A stretch of DNA of 64,000 bases from NCBI GenBank assembly GCA_963555755.3, contig OY820905.2, positions 1,728,001 to 1,792,000 of the forward strand. The letters are read 5' to 3'. The notes beneath the pieces were generated by a model that was not told the DNA's origin, ran no database searches, and saw nothing but the letters and a program-made list of their open reading frames with translations. Of this stretch, positions 63,416 through 64,000 are shown in pieces. The stretch's first letter is position 1. The number at the start of each line of letters is the position of its first letter. A program made the translations under genes and the position numbers. This DNA comes from Nitrospirales bacterium. Lineage in GTDB: Bacteria; Nitrospirota; Nitrospiria; Nitrospirales; UBA8639.

Positions 63416-64000
63416 TTACCCTAAGATTTCCGTGACCACACCGGCGCCCACCGTGCGGCCACCTTCCCGCACCGCAAACCGCACACCCTTCTCCATCGCA
63501 ATCGGCGCAATCAATTCCCCCGTAAACGTCGTGTTATCGCCCGGCATCACCATCTCGACCCCTTCGGCCAAGTTCACAATGCCCGTCACGTCGGTCGTCC
63601 GAAAGTAAAACTGGGGACGATACCCATTGAAAAACGGCGTGTGCCGCCCACCTTCATCCTTGTTTAACACGTACACTTCGGCTTTGAACTTCGTATGCGG
63701 GGTAATACTCTTCGGCTTCGCCAGCACCATCCCCCGCTCCACTTCGTCCTTCTTCGTCCCCCGCAACAGGGCCCCAATGTTATCCCCGGCTTGCCCATCA
63801 TCCAACACTTTCCGAAACATCTCCACCCCTGTCACCGTCGTGGTCCGCGTATCGGCTAATCCGACAATTTCAATTTCATCCCCCACCTTGACCTTCCCAC
63901 GTTCGACCCGCCCGGTCACCACGGTGCCCCGACCGCTGATCGTAAATACATCTTCAATGGGCATCAGGAAGGGTTTGTCAATGGCCCGCTCTGGCATCGG
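63416..64000 (-). CDS. tuf: Elongation factor Tu, second copy (3' part; runs off window)
   Basis: Near-identical to 47041-47625. Confidence 0.98.
   Translation of the reverse strand, partial: PMPERAIDKPFLMPIEDVFTISGRGTVVTGRVERGKVKVGDEIEIVGLADTRTTTVTGVEMFRKVLDDGQAGDNIGALLRGTKKDEVERGMVLAKPKSITPHTKFKAEVYVLNKDEGGRHTPFFNGYRPQFYFRTTDVTGIVNLAEGVEMVMPGDNTTFTGELIAPIAMEKGVRFAVREGGRTVGAGVVTEILG

Overview
Bacterial chromosome segment, probably Nitrospirota (inferred from gene content and the atypical EF-Tu switch-I loop; not database-checked). Bases ~31-64 kb hold the minus-strand tuf-rpmG-tRNA(Trp)-secE-nusG-rplKA-rplJL-rpoBC-str-S10-spc-alpha supercluster. Bases 1-31 kb hold ArsC-family, CPBP protease and class V aminotransferase genes, a circularly permuted ATP-grasp / alpha-E-transglutaminase / ACT-malic-enzyme operon, a TSUP transporter, GAF-GAF-ANTAR-nadE-glnD, aroC-aroB, a pilMNOP operon ending in a lone AMIN domain, and lptCAB-rpoN-rapZ. 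Highlights: (1) an ANTAR dual-hairpin RNA motif overlapping an intrinsic terminator directly ahead of nadE-glnD, with the candidate GAF-GAF-ANTAR regulator encoded just upstream; (2) rplJ and rplL fused in one frame, with an internal Shine-Dalgarno + ATG and no room for an L10 leader; (3) about 24 short non-coding palindromic elements in nine families (my labels A-I), with readable TIRs and target duplications, stacked on stop codons, nested four deep at 25.1-26.1 kb, and sharing internal structured cores across unrelated TIR types. No transposase, CRISPR array or rRNA gene is visible. All calls come from reading the sequence by eye.
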